This document shows, one piece after another, positions 1 through 12,595 of a stretch of DNA of 64,000 bases. The stretch comes from Octopus sinensis (Eukaryota), in assembly GCF_006345805.1 (NCBI RefSeq), contig NC_043011.1:62384464-62448463 (forward strand). Direction: 5' to 3'. The position numbers and the translations under genes were made by a program. Positions within the stretch are counted from its first letter, which is position 1. The number at the start of each line of letters is the position of its first letter. The notes beneath the pieces are model-generated. The model saw only the letters and a program-made list of their open reading frames with translations. It did not search any database and was not told where the DNA came from.

Positions 1-300
1 ATACCTACCTTTCAGTCTGAGAACAAAGGGAGAACTGCAAAGACGAATTCACGTCACTTCGTAGACTTCTTTTTGCTGGAATATTCTAGAACATAAAGTT
101 TGCGTTTGAAATAGTTTTCTGTCGTGCTTTGTCTTGCTTTGTCACAAGATATTTAACTAAGGATGCTTAGAAAATGGCTTACGCGTTGCCATACAAGTGA
201 CAAGAGTAAATATCACCATAATCCAATAATGCACCAATGTTTTATGTGGGATTGCTGCCGTCATCTTATATTATGAAGCAGTCATATATGTATATGTATA

Positions 301-349
<49 letters not shown>

Positions 350-446
350 TACATACATATAAATATGCGTGTGTGTTGGAAGTATATATATGTATATATT
401 CATTCATATATATACATATATACGTATGTATGTATTATCTGTGTGT

Positions 447-1231
447 GTAGGCAGGGCTGTGTGCTAAGAAGCTTGTTTCCCAACCACATGCCTCCACGTT
501 CCGTTCTATTGCATGGCACGTGTCCTCCTCTATAGCCTCGGGCTGACCAAAGCCTTCTGAGTGGATTGGTACACGGAAGATGAATTAACCCGTCGTATAT
601 ATATATATATATATATATTATAATATATATAATATATATCCAAGCGTACACCGGTTAGCTCTATATCGATTAATTATCTTGGAGTTTGTTAATTTGTGGT
701 AGTGTAAGTGTTTATTGATGGTTCTCCTTCGACATCAATACTTTTCACTTATGAAATTCCAATTGTCGTTATAGATGTTTTCAAATATCTTATCTAGGAT
801 AATAGAATTTTAATAATATAACATAAATAAAAGGAAGAGTATGAACACAGTAAAATCAGTTTATTTATATAAGAGTCAATTTCATGTTGCCTATGTACGT
901 TTCTATTTCTCACCTTCATTCGTATTTTACAATTAAAATTGCATTATGTATCTAAAAGGTACAAATCTCTTCTGGACAAAATTGCCATTTATGCATTTAC
1001 ACGACTGGCTGGAGAGTCTGTAATGAACTCTCCATCCATTAGGATGTAAATGACTATATGTCAATTTTGTCCTGAAGAGATTTGTACCTTTTAGATTCAT
1101 AATGCAATTTTAATTGTAAAATACGATGAAGGTGAGAAATAGAAACGTACATAGGCGACATGAAATTGACTCTTACACAAATAAACGATTTTTCTGTGTT
1201 CATACTCCCATTTTCTTTATTCTTATTATAT

Positions 1232-1295
<64 letters not shown>

Positions 1296-1576
1296 AACAC
1301 ATGCATGCATATCTACCTATCTATCTAAATATGTATGCATATATATACATATGTGTGCTTTGGTTGTCTGTATCTGTGCCCTAACTCCGGTCGACACCCG
1401 GTGTTGGCGTGTGCACGTCCCCCGTTAATTAGCGGTTCAGCAAAAGAGACCGACAGAATAAGCACTAGGCTTAAGAAATAAGTCCTGTGTCGATTTGCTC
1501 GACTAAAACCCTTCAAGGCAGTGCTCCAGCATGGCCGCAGTCAAATGACTGAAACAAGTAAAAGAATAAAAGAATC
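447..1576 (+). mobile_element. tRNA-derived SINE family A, split copy (5' half 447-597, 3' half ~1355-1576) interrupted by an insert
   Basis: Both halves match intact copies at 28760-29152 and 34307-34690, including the tail ccagcatggccgcagtcaaatgactgaaacaagtaaaagaataaaaga. Confidence 0.75.
822..1222. repeat. ~400-bp foldback (long inverted repeat) element
   Basis: Arms of ~190 bp are near reverse complements (e.g. aagagtcaatttcatgttgcctatgtacgtttctatttctcaccttca vs tgaaggtgagaaatagaaacgtacataggcgacatgaaattgactctt). Centre ggagagt-ctgtaatga-actctcc at ~1022. Confidence 0.9.
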
Positions 1577-1597
1577 TGTATATATAGAATATTAAAA

Positions 1598-1638
<41 letters not shown>

Positions 1639-1709
1639 TAGATAGATAGATGTAGATAGATAGATAGTCAGACAGATAGATAGATATGTGCATATATATA
1701 TATATATAT

Positions 1710-1740
<31 letters not shown>

Positions 1741-2547
1741 CACATATAAACATATTAGTGTATCATTTATGTGTGTGCGCGTGCGTCTGTCTACATGAGT
1801 GTACGTGCACGCATATATACATACCTACCTTCAGGTATTGACAGAAATCTCTCTCTCTCTCTTCGTATATATATGTATATATACATCCACCTACATACCT
1901 TCATATACACACACACACATACACACACGCATATCGTACACTCATATACAGATAAAGCGCGCGTGTTTGCGCGTATTAGTGCGCACAAGAGACCGAACTT
2001 TTAATATGATACACAACAGTGTATTATCCAATTTCTTTCAGTTTTCCAGTGATAAGCATACATAAGCAATTACAACATAATGGAATCTTGCCAATTGTTG
2101 AGCTTTCATATAATGACAACCTTCCGTTGTCTGTAGTGGCAATATGGCCGACATATTAAATTAGGCTTCCACCTTCACGGATCCCGATTACTAAACTGTG
2201 AGACATGACATGTCCTTCGATAGTTAACACCATTAGGAGTTGTTGCTGAACAGACACCATGAAATTGTTATCGATTTTTCTCGGTGCCCTCATTTTTGTC
2301 TATAGATATGTGTGTTAATATTGTGTGCATGTGTATGTGTTTGTTATGTATTAATGTTATTATGTGTGTCAATGTGTAACAAAGCCTATGCATATTTATG
2401 TACGTAAAATTGTGTAGACGTCTCTACTTAGTTTTCCTATCTGCCAACTCTAGAAATACATATATGCCTATCTATCTATCTACCTACCTACCTACCTACC
2501 TACCTACCTACCTACCTACCTACCTACCTATCTACCTACCTACCAAC

Positions 2548-2622
<75 letters not shown>

Positions 2623-3108
2623 CCTGTCTGCCAACCACTTTATTTATCTATCTATCTCTCTATTCATCAATATATTCACATTTTATATGTGTGTGTGTGT
2701 GTGTGATGCAGTCAAACCAACAATGATATTTTGAATGCATTTAATGTGTACGCTTCTCTTAAAGAAAAATCATCTTCCGTTCATATTTTGATATGTCTTA
2801 ACTGAAGATTTCCGTTAGAGACGACACTCCCTCTCTTATCTATTTCGCAAATATCTGAAAAGTGCGTAAAAATACATTCCAAACATCATTACTTGCAGTG
2901 ACTTCATCATAATACAAATACGACTGCATTCCAGGACAAGTTAACCAGAACTGACTCCATCAGCACTAACGATATAATAAGGATTTGGAAGGCTTTGTTC
3001 TTCTTTAATCGAGTTTCTTGAATCGGGAATTCTGGTAATATATATATATATATATAGATATATATATATAATATATATATATATAATATATATATATATA
3101 TATGTATA

Positions 3109-3316
3109 TACCCTGTTGTGTCTGGGGAGAGTCATTTTCTTTTTGTGCCTTATAATGTAACACACTCACCGGTAAAGTTTCCACTTATTTCTTATTTTTA
3201 TTTTCCTAAAATTTTCGCTGCATCTTGCAACCTTTTCAATCGTCTAGACTCTTATAAGACTCAATAGTCTTCTAAGGCACAAAAAGAAAATGACTCTCCC
3301 CAGACAGAACAGAATA
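3109..3316. mobile_element. MITE-like / foldback element with ~40-bp terminal inverted repeats
   Basis: gtgtctggggagagtcattttctttttgtgcctta (3118-3152) is inverted as taaggcacaaaaagaaaatgactctccccagaca (3273-3306); abuts a (TA)n array. Confidence 0.7.
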
Positions 3317-4125
3317 TGCTTCAACACTCGAACTCATATAAAGAATCTTGCAAACCAAATCCCAAAACGGTTGGCCCGAGGCTATAGTAAAAGAGACTTG
3401 TCCAAGGTGTGCCACGCAGTGGGACTGAACCGAAACCATGTGGTTGGAAAGCAAGCTTCTTACCATATAGCCCCTCCTACGCCTATATATATACATATTT
3501 ATATATATATATATATATATATAAGTATGTGTGTGTATATATAAATATTTCTCTCTCTCTTTCTGTATATATATATATATATATATGTATATTCACACAC
3601 ATCTTAATAGTTATATGTATTTTATTTATCTTTGTGTATTGTATTTCTCCGACGAAATTTTTTCAATGGAAGTGAGCAATTTTCATATTTAGTATTCATT
3701 GCAGGAGATGAATGTAAAGTTATATATATCTTTATACTCAACAGACTGCTAAGACAATCGATTCAACCTCGCATCATCATCATTATTATCATCATCATTG
3801 TGTGAACTATTCTAATAAACCTGAAGTCACGCATGCGTTCATGATGATGCATTTCGATAAGTCTATCTTGAGATATATTATCGCCACTCTGCTTTTCGAT
3901 ATATTTAACGACCAATTATAAAGTTAGAAACTGCGTCAATAACCTCTCTATATGACTCCTTCAAGTCGCAATTTGTTACTTCAGCAAATTCAAAGTAAAT
4001 AGATTTATTTTTTTATCTTTTACTTGTTTCAGTCATTGGAACTCTTTTATGGGTTTAGTCGAACAAATCTACTGTGTGTGTGGTAGTGTATGTGTGTATA
4101 TATATGTATATACATACACACACAC

Positions 4126-4226
<101 letters not shown>

Positions 4227-4422
4227 CACATTCGGCCTCCTGTGCCCGACGAGTCATATTTCTGCAACGACTTTACTAAGTTTTAAATTGCATAAGGCCG
4301 AATCAAAGTGTTTTAAACAATAATATATGAGGGCGCGCTCACACACACACACATAGGTATGTATATATATAATATATATTATATATATGTAATATATATT
4401 ATATATATATATTATATATGTA

Positions 4423-4453
<31 letters not shown>

Positions 4454-4700
4454 GTATCATATATATATTATACATATTATATATGTTTATATATATATAT
4501 GTATCATATATATATTATACATATTATATATATATCTATATTAAATATATATATATGTGTGTGTAAGTATATGTATATATATATATATATATATGTGTAT
4601 GTACTATATAATATATATATATAATATATATATATATAATATATATATTATACATATTATATATATATCTATATTAGTTATGTATGTGTGTAAGTATATG

Positions 4701-4755
<55 letters not shown>

Positions 4756-5018
4756 GTGTGTGTGCGTGTGTATACGATGGGTTTCTTTTAGTTTCCATCT
4801 ACTAAGTCCACTCACAAGGCTTTGGTGGCCCTGGGGCTAAAATATAAGGGACATGCCCAAGCTACCACGTGTTAAGACTGAACCTGAAAAAAGAAATAAT
4901 AAACTGTGTGGCTTAGAAACAAACTTCTAAGCACACAAACACGCCTGCGCCTATGTAAAAATGTCCACTGTTGGTTAAGACAGAATTGTGTCTCCAGCGA
5001 CCTTTGATCGACTGAAAA

Positions 5019-5115
5019 ATGAAGTATTATAATTGTTTCTTACTGGTCATTGCTGCAGCCGTTTTGTTATGGCTGAAAGAACCATGCAAAGCGAACGTGA
5101 TGCATTTTGGATTTG
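5019..5115 (+). CDS. Coding exon 1: signal peptide MKYYNCFLLVIAAAVLLWLKEPCKA followed by NVMHFGF
   Basis: aaaATG context; basic n-region, hydrophobic h-region and small-residue c-region. Phase-1 donor G|gtgaac (weak-moderate) fits the phase-1 acceptor at 11772. A possible upstream acceptor (tgtctccag, 4997) suggests a non-coding first exon. Too short for the ORF track. Confidence 0.6.
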
Positions 5116-5561
5116 GTGAACTTTAGAAACTTTTGTTCAGCAAAGAAAATAAAGTCCACTGTTTGGTAATTAGAATCGCGTTTATGTTTTATATTTAGGG
5201 GGTACGGAAAGGGCATGCTGGTCATTGAATATACAGGCATTCATACGTGTAGAAACACACATATATGCTGGTGTGTTTATATATAAATATTTGAAAGTAC
5301 TTATACGAGTGGATACTGAAAATCTTCTGGTTTTGAGTACAAGAAAATACAGGAGGATCAGCTAATTATGATTCTGTTCAACACATTCCCCTCTCAGACT
5401 GACACACTTGTTGCTGCGGTCGTTCAAGTTTTCAAAGCCCTGTAACAGAACTCGGAATTTTGGGCCTCAAATCAAACCTTTAGCGATACTCTTAAAATCA
5501 AGAACTTTTCAGCATGCCCACGTCTGTACCTCTGTATACATACCTCCCACCACCTCGGCAT

Positions 5562-5602
<41 letters not shown>

Positions 5603-5687
5603 AAAGGCATTCCAAAATGTAACCACATGTGGACTGTTGGCGATTTTTCCACTCCTTCTTCCTTTTCTCTTGGACCTTCTTCTGTCT

Positions 5688-5725
5688 CCTGCTTCTGAAG
5701 AAGAGCCTTGCTCGAAACGTAAAAC
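5688..5725 (+). ncRNA. Degenerate minimal hammerhead ribozyme-like motif
   Basis: CTGAAGA-a-gagc-ctt-gctc-GAAAC-GTA. A related copy lies on the minus strand at ~35365-35400. Stem I is weak. Confidence 0.4.
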
Positions 5726-5828
5726 ACCATTTCTTTCTTTCTCTAACCGTCTTATTAATACTTTGCATGTACCACGTCCTCTCCTCCTGTTGTTTGTTTT
5801 GTCTTTTTTCTATTTTTTTTATTAACTA

Positions 5829-6031
<203 letters not shown>

Positions 6032-6589
6032 GCTTAGAGGATATGTTAACCTCATAAATGAATGGTTACATCCATTGGCGAACTGGCCAGTTTTCCAGCT
6101 TGTCCGATGACATGTGGGCCCCTGCACCATTAGAATCCATATATGAGGGCCATGTTAATATGTAAGGGACTCACCCCCTCAAGTTTGAGAATTTTTTATT
6201 CACTCTTGGAAGAATACTTTAATTATCTCAGCCTGGCCGTGTTTGTAGACAGTTGAAAAGAATACTTTTAACAAAAAATAAAAAATAAAAATATAATTGA
6301 TAGTATTGTAGTTGTGGGTGGGCCCCTTTGTAGTTGCGGGTGGGCCCCCTTAGTCTCCTGGCAACCATTATTTGTAGACCCCATCTGCCACTGCATCCAA
6401 GGAAACATTGGTTTTACACCAAGTAATTTGGGGAAGTGAATTTTCCTTAAGTTTTCCTGACAAGGCTTTGGTTGGCGCGAGGCTATAGAAGAAGACATTT
6501 GCCCAAGTTGTCACGCATTGGAACTGAACCCAGAGCCATGTGGTTGGGAAGCAAGCTTCTTACCACACAGCCACGCTTGTGCCTGTAGT

Positions 6590-6860
6590 GTAGGTCTGGT
6601 CAATTTCTGTCTTGTCATCATTTCGGTCCCACGTCGATGGTCAAGAACACTTGGCCCTTACTGTTCTGGTCCCTCAAACTGCTAATACTTTTGCATGGAG
6701 TAAAGCGATTCTCTGCTGCAGGCAGTAAGAGTATCGAAAAATTGATATACGTGATTGTTGCTGTAACTGTTGCTATAGCAACTCCATACTTGTCCAGATC
6801 GATCGAAAGTATGGCGCGTGCATCGTTGGCAGAAGGCTCAGAATCGACTATCAGATCAAT
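6590..6860 (-). mobile_element. Degenerate RTE-clade LINE endonuclease N-terminal fragment
   Basis: Minus-strand translation NDARAILSIDLDKYGVAIA...ISSLRDQNSKGQVFLTIDVGP resembles RTE APE-domain motifs (SDARKTAVINNEL..VDIAAL / LLTLRL...GPVTLISVYAP). Confidence 0.4.
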
Positions 6861-7334
6861 AGATTAATAGAACAACTTTCACGGAGCAGGCAAACATTGA
6901 AAATATTTTCCCCACTAAAAATGCGATCACACAGCCATTAAAAGATTAGATTTTTAAAAGGTATTTCGCTTGATTTTCTATGAATAATTAAATTTCCAAA
7001 CTAGAGATATAAAATATTTTAAATGCTTTAAATGTGGCCTACTAACATTCATAAGGTAAAAATAAAAGTCGTTTTCACATCTGGATTAGATTTATATTTC
7101 ACAAACATAAATTTGAAAAACTTGATCTAAACGGAAACGCATTTAATTCACTTTCAGTGAATAGATTTTCGATGGCAACGTGTCATCATGAGAGGTAAAT
7201 ACTCAAATATACATTAATAATGCAAAATGGAGTCTCTGGGTAACAATGGAAAAGTAGTAAAACTTCATTTTTATACATTATTTACATTATTTACATTTGA
7301 CAGATATTTGTCCTCATTTTGTTTGTTGTTAACC

Positions 7335-7800
7335 CAACGTCTGCGCTGGCTCGGCCATGTACATCGCACGCCGGATGGAAGGATCGTAAAAGGCCTTCTG
7401 TATGGGGAAAAGGTCACAGGCACAAAAGCACGAGGACTACCTCATCCTCGAGTCAAGGACGTCTGCTAGAGAGATTTGAAGTCGCTTGATATGGACATCC
7501 TAAAATGGGAGGAGGTTCGAAATGATACTTCACGCTGGACACAAATACTGGGAAAGGGGATGAAGAGAGGGGAAGAGAAAGAGAGATCTCGCCACCGAGG
7601 AACACCGCACTCGGCGGAAGTAAAAAAAAAACAGTAGCTCCAGTATAGAGCTCCTTCAAATGCAGCCGCTGTGTACATGACTGCCACTCCCGTGTGGACC
7701 CCAGCGGACACAGCAGGTTCTTCAGCTACATCAGCAGCTTATGCGATTTCTTCGAGCTCAGATCCATGGAGTCTCAAAACCGACGGATGACTACTAAACA
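7335..7800 (+). mobile_element. RTE-clade LINE 3' fragment
   Basis: QRLRWLGHVHRTPDGRIVKGLLYGEKVTGTKARGLPHPRVKDVC*RDLK is the typical RTE ORF C-terminal motif (RWLGHV.RM...R..K.LLYGE...G.R.RGRP..R.KD); contains stops. Confidence 0.85.
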
Positions 7801-7815
7801 GCAGCAGTAACAAGT

Positions 7816-8118
7816 GGAGGCGCAATGGCCCAGTGGTTAGGGCAGCAGACTCGCGGTTTCGAGTCCCAAACCGGCAAGGGGTGGTGGCGACCCCTGTTGT
7901 ACTCTTTCGCCCCAACTTTTTCTCACTTTCTTCCTGTTTCGGTGTCCCCGACTTCCTACGCAACCCCTGAGCCTGGATGCGCATTCATCCATCCGTCGAT
8001 GCTATCGGTGTCAGGGGTTGACCTGCTTTCTCTTCTGCGGGTCTTACGTATAGCAAAGGACCACGTTTCGGACTTGTCCCATCTTGCGAGCTCTGGGACG
8101 AAGACCGTTCGCTCAACA
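7816..8118 (+). mobile_element. tRNA-derived SINE family C (variant tail)
   Basis: Head ggaggcgcaatggcccagtggttagggcagc (A box) plus ggtttcgagtcc (B box); nearly colinear with 53969-54338. Confidence 0.8.
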
Positions 8119-10646
8119 GCAACAGAAGCAGTAACAACAACAACAACAGCCGTAGCAATAACATCAACAACTAAAACTATACATCAAATTGTGTTTATTT
8201 GAAATAGTGGCTTCAAGTTTTGGCACAAATCCAACAAGCTTGAGTTGCGGGTAAGTCGATCACATTGACCTTAGCTTTCTAATTGTATCTATTTTATCGA
8301 CGTCGAAAGGATGAAAGGTGAAGTTGACCACGGCGGAATTTTTTAACATGAAACGCTTCCAAGCAACTTGTCCGGTTGCTAGCGATTCTGCTTGACCGCT
8401 GCCCTAGTTGTTTGAAATATGATATTCAATGATTTTGTTTTGACCATGTTTTTAAGTCCCCTCTGACTGTTTATTCAACCAAAGTATTTTATCAAGCCGC
8501 CACTCACCAAAACATTTTATGAATTTGACACAAATTTTAATATGGATTCTCTTCATGTAATCCTTTGATATTCATAATTTGCCGTTAACAAATTAAAATA
8601 TTTAAAACAAAATAAATTTAGATATTCCTAACTAAACTAGCAAAGGTGATCGTTTTGTCTTGCTTCTGAATCACGAACCAACTAAATTAGAAATGCTATC
8701 ATTGACTGATTGTTCCTTAACCCTTTTGATATGAATCCGCCTGAAACCGTCCTTGGGGTCGAGGATACAAACTTCCTGTCTAAATTAAAATCTTTCATCA
8801 AAAAGTTTTGTTTCAAACACTATTTTGATGATAACAAAGTAATTTGAAAGACTTCTTCAATATTTTCAAATTCAATTGAAATTAAAAGCAGTGTATTGCG
8901 ATAGAAATATTTTATCGAAAAGGTTAAGCTATCTCCGAAATAGAAAGTCGCCATGTTTCACCCCTGACCTATGGATACTCTGTAGAAACATAGTCTAAAA
9001 AGAGATAATAGAAAACAACAACAGCAGCAACAACAACAACAACGAAAAATTCAGTGTCTAATGTTCTTATTTCTAGTTGTCGCGTCTGTAAAGTTAGTAT
9101 TATTTATATTTCATATATTTTCACTTTCAAAACATATGTCAGCTTCATTAAATTGCCGTCTGTTCTAGAAACATCGATTAAAGAAACAAAGTGTGAACGA
9201 GTTGTGTATTGAGAGAATACACATACCATGGCTGAATGTTTAAGAATTCCGTTTCGCAGTCCTGAGGTCTTCGGTTCGATCTCGCTGCATGTCATCTCCC
9301 TCAAGTGTCTTTTACCTTAAACCTCGTTCGATTCTAGCTTTATGAGTGAAATTGTGTTGACGGAAACTGTGTGGAAGCCATACTGAGTGAATTGTGCCTG
9401 CAACCCAAAAGGTTTCCCCTTGTCACACTAATTCTGTCAGTGAATTAGTTTAAGCTTAAACGCGTCTGTGGAATACTCAACCGTTTACACAAAAATGAAA
9501 TCCATTCATTTATCACATCATAGATTAAGACAGTCGTTAGAGCGTTTGACAAATGCTTTGAGGTAATCATGGCGGCCGTTTGCGATCGAACTTCAAAATA
9601 GCGCCGAGATCAACTTTGCCTTTTACGAACTAAAACCTCCTCCTCCTCCTCTCATTCTCTTTATCTCTCCTTGACTTTCCCCCTCGCTTTCTCTCTCCCT
9701 ACTCCTCTCTCCGCCTTTATTGCACCGTGACAGTGTCAAGGGAGACAACTCATAGTCTCCCTTGTCTTCAGAAATGGAGGATGGTCGAGACAAAACCTAC
9801 CAACCTTTCTTTCTCTCGCAAACACCATGTCTCCAAGGAGAAGAAACGTTACTCTATCTTGGATTTTACGGGAGCGGGAAACTCTTTCTTCTGCATGGCT
9901 CGTCCTTCTTTTTCGCCATTGTTTTTCTTGTTCTTTCCACTGTTCCCGTCAGTCTGCCACTCCGCTTAATTTTCCATCTCCTTCACATCATGAAAGATAC
10001 CGATGGTTATCCAACAGTATATGTTAGGGGAAGGGGAGTCGTTGTTCGTCGGTTTTGGGAACTGACAACAACGAGGTAATCTCTTCTTCCGTTTCCGGAG
10101 CAGTGGCAGATGGTAGATGGTACTGGATGGTACCAAAAGTTTCTGTGGACTTTCGTTGATGCAGTTTCTGCTGACCTCTTCCCTAGCTTTCGACCTCCTT
10201 CGGAAAGGAAAACCTCAAATGATCTTTCCTGAAATCTGCGCTGTTTGTTCGACACCATTAGTCTTATGAATTTTCTTCCTGCACCCATGACGAGAGCACA
10301 ACGTTGGAATGGTCTATGGCGTTCTATAGCGTGGGCTTTACTGGAATCTGCATAGATCCACCTGGTTACATATTGACCACATTTCCGAATTTTATCACAA
10401 CGGAATCGCTAATATTCTTCGCCGTGATTTTTGTGTTATATAATCCTAAATATTGTGAAGTAAATCTCAGACAAGGTGTGTAACTCTCAAGCCTGGCTTG
10501 TATTTTTCGCTCCGTTTTAAGTTTCGAATACTGTGCTTATAGTTCCGTAAGCTCTTCTCCCTCGATCGAAGAAATATTATTCCATATACTGGTCAGTGTT
10601 GCTATTTCATGGGGCAGGGAAAAGGCCTGTATGGATATCGAGATAC

Positions 10647-11367
10647 AAATATTTGTTACATTTTGATAAGAGAGTGAGATAGTGAGATAGCGATGCATCT
10701 TCTTTTGTAACACATCTTTGCCAGGAAGACTTTCTCTACCAGATAATCCGTGATTTAACTTATTTATTGGAAACCGCATTAGTAAAAGCATGGGCGATGA
10801 TATTTCTAGCTTATATTTTCGTTTGGAAAAATGTGTGTTATTATTGTTACAGTATTTGTTATTGCAATTGATATTTATGTCATATAATGTGTTGAAAATA
10901 ATTTTATTATTTTCTATCAGAAAAATTCTCGTTCTTTTTTCCTCGTGTAATATGTGTATTCTGCTGAGAAAGTGAATTTGCTTTCTTTTTGTTTATTTAC
11001 TTTTCGTAAAATTCTTCTTGTGTTGGTGGGCGTTTGAAGAAATATCATTCTTAATTTGGAAGCTGAAGAAAAAATGTTCTTTACAAATCAAAGCCATTTT
11101 CATCCAAAACACTGGTGAAAGAAATACAGAAAATTAAATTCCCACCTCTTCATGTTGAAGGTCGGTTCACAAAAGTATAAAACAAAAAATATAAAACAAA
11201 AATATTTGTTACATTTTGATAAGAGACTGAGATAGTGAGATAGCGATGCATCTTCTTTTGTAACACATCTCTGCCAGGAAGACTTTTCTCTACCAGATAA
11301 TCCATGATTTAACTTATTTATTGGAAACCACATTAGTAAAAAGCATGGGCGATGATACTTCTAGCTT
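10647..11367. repeat. ~165-bp direct duplication (10647-10812 and 11199-11367)
   Basis: atatttgttacattttgataagag...gggcgatgata(t/c)ttctagctt occurs twice with only a few substitutions or indels. Confidence 0.9.
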
Positions 11368-11771
11368 CGAGAAATGTGCAATTATTAAAGTTTTATATTA
11401 GAGATGAATTACAGAAGCATTCGAGATACAGAGTCTTCACTCTACTCTCTTTTTTCATTTCAGTCTCTCATAAAGACAATTAATAGGGTGTCATATCAAT
11501 TTATTTATGGAGCATATGAGGTAGGGATCTACATGTTTAAGGTTTAAACGATAAAAATAATTACATGGTGTTAGTAAGAAAATATTTTGTAAGAAATAGA
11601 ACTTTTATCATCGGTCTTAAATTAATTTTCGCCAGTGTAGTTGGCGGGTTGGGTAAAAATTCGTTGTAAGAAAAGGAAGCGGTAATAATTCAAAATAGCA
11701 TTTTGTGTCTCTTATTAAACGTAGACATACTGTAGATTTATCTATGTATTGTTTTTTAATTTATTCTTCAG

Positions 11772-12116
11772 GTGAGAATGATGTTGAAGAAGAGGAAAGT
11801 AATGACGACGATGACGATGTTGATAATGAAGAGGAAAACGAGGAGGAAGAAGAGATGGAGGATGACGTTGCGAGATTCGAAAATGCGAAAAACTTGAAAG
11901 AGCAAGAGTTATCGGACTTGGCAGCATTAAACGCTGAAGAGGAAAGAGAAGAAGAAGCGGCGTTAAATTTTCGAATGATGCTCGATGAACTGGACAAAGA
12001 AAACAAACTTCGGAATAGACTGCTGGAAGAAGAAGAAGCAGAAGAAGAAGAGGAGGAGGAAGAGGAGGCAGAAGAAGAAGCCGAAGAAAGACGGCGAGAA
12101 GAAGAAGCTGAAAAAG
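11772..12116 (+). CDS. Coding exon 2: polyacidic (Asp/Glu-rich) 115-aa segment
   Basis: Acceptor ttttttaatttattcttcag|GT, donor AAAG|gtatgt; stop-free and symmetric phase 1-1. Mixed GAA/GAG/GAT/GAC codons are interleaved with helical-looking stretches (RFENAKNLKEQELSDLAALNA, NFRMMLDELDKENKLRNRLL), unlike neighbouring pure microsatellites. Confidence 0.75.
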
Positions 12117-12554
12117 GTATGTGATGAGGGTGTGATAAAAGTACTATCAAAATGTCGAAAAGAAACGTATTTAAGAGAATGATGTTAACCTTCATGTAAT
12201 GTATGTTCTAATTCGGTTTTATGTTTGTACAGGTCCATCTAAATCTATATATTATATTTGTATGTGTGTGTGTGTTTGTTTGTGTGTTTATGTGTGTGGG
12301 TGCATATTCCTAAATTTATATCTGTGTGCATATACATATACATACTCAATGCATACGATGATTGTATTTGGCAATAACAGTACCAGAAATCATACTTACA
12401 CGTGACAATATCGGTTTGATTGGGCAGCGACAAGGTGTAACTTGTCCAGCGTCCTCTGCTTCGGTCTCTCATAAGAGTCAGAATGTCAATACAAAACATA
12501 AACATAATATTAATAAAGGAATGACAAAAGAATAGAAGTTACGTAGTCAATTTT

Positions 12555-12595
12555 TTTACCTTACAGCTGTTTCGACTCTTCGTCAGAGTCCGTAC
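12555..12595 (-). ncRNA. Degenerate hammerhead-like motif
   Basis: Minus strand CTGACGA-agagtc-GAAAC-AGCT-GTA: palindromic stem-III loop, collapsed stem II. Confidence 0.35.

Noticed and set aside
6637-6724. Signal-peptide-like ORF MVKNTWPLLFWSLKLLILLHGVKRFSAAG with a phase-1 A|gtaaga donor
   Set aside because: It has Lys within the h-region, and the opposite strand resembles a decayed RTE endonuclease. 5019-5115 is the better first exon, although an alternative or exapted exon cannot be excluded without cDNA.
9762-10480. ORFs at 9762-10079 (+) and 10007-10288 (-)
   Set aside because: No recognisable domain and no phase-compatible exon. The longest minus-strand reading is broken by many stops, so this is possibly decayed retroelement ORF1, unclassifiable by eye.
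11761-12195. Ser-rich 144-aa minus-strand ORF
   Set aside because: Antisense shadow of the GAA/GAG-rich acidic exon.
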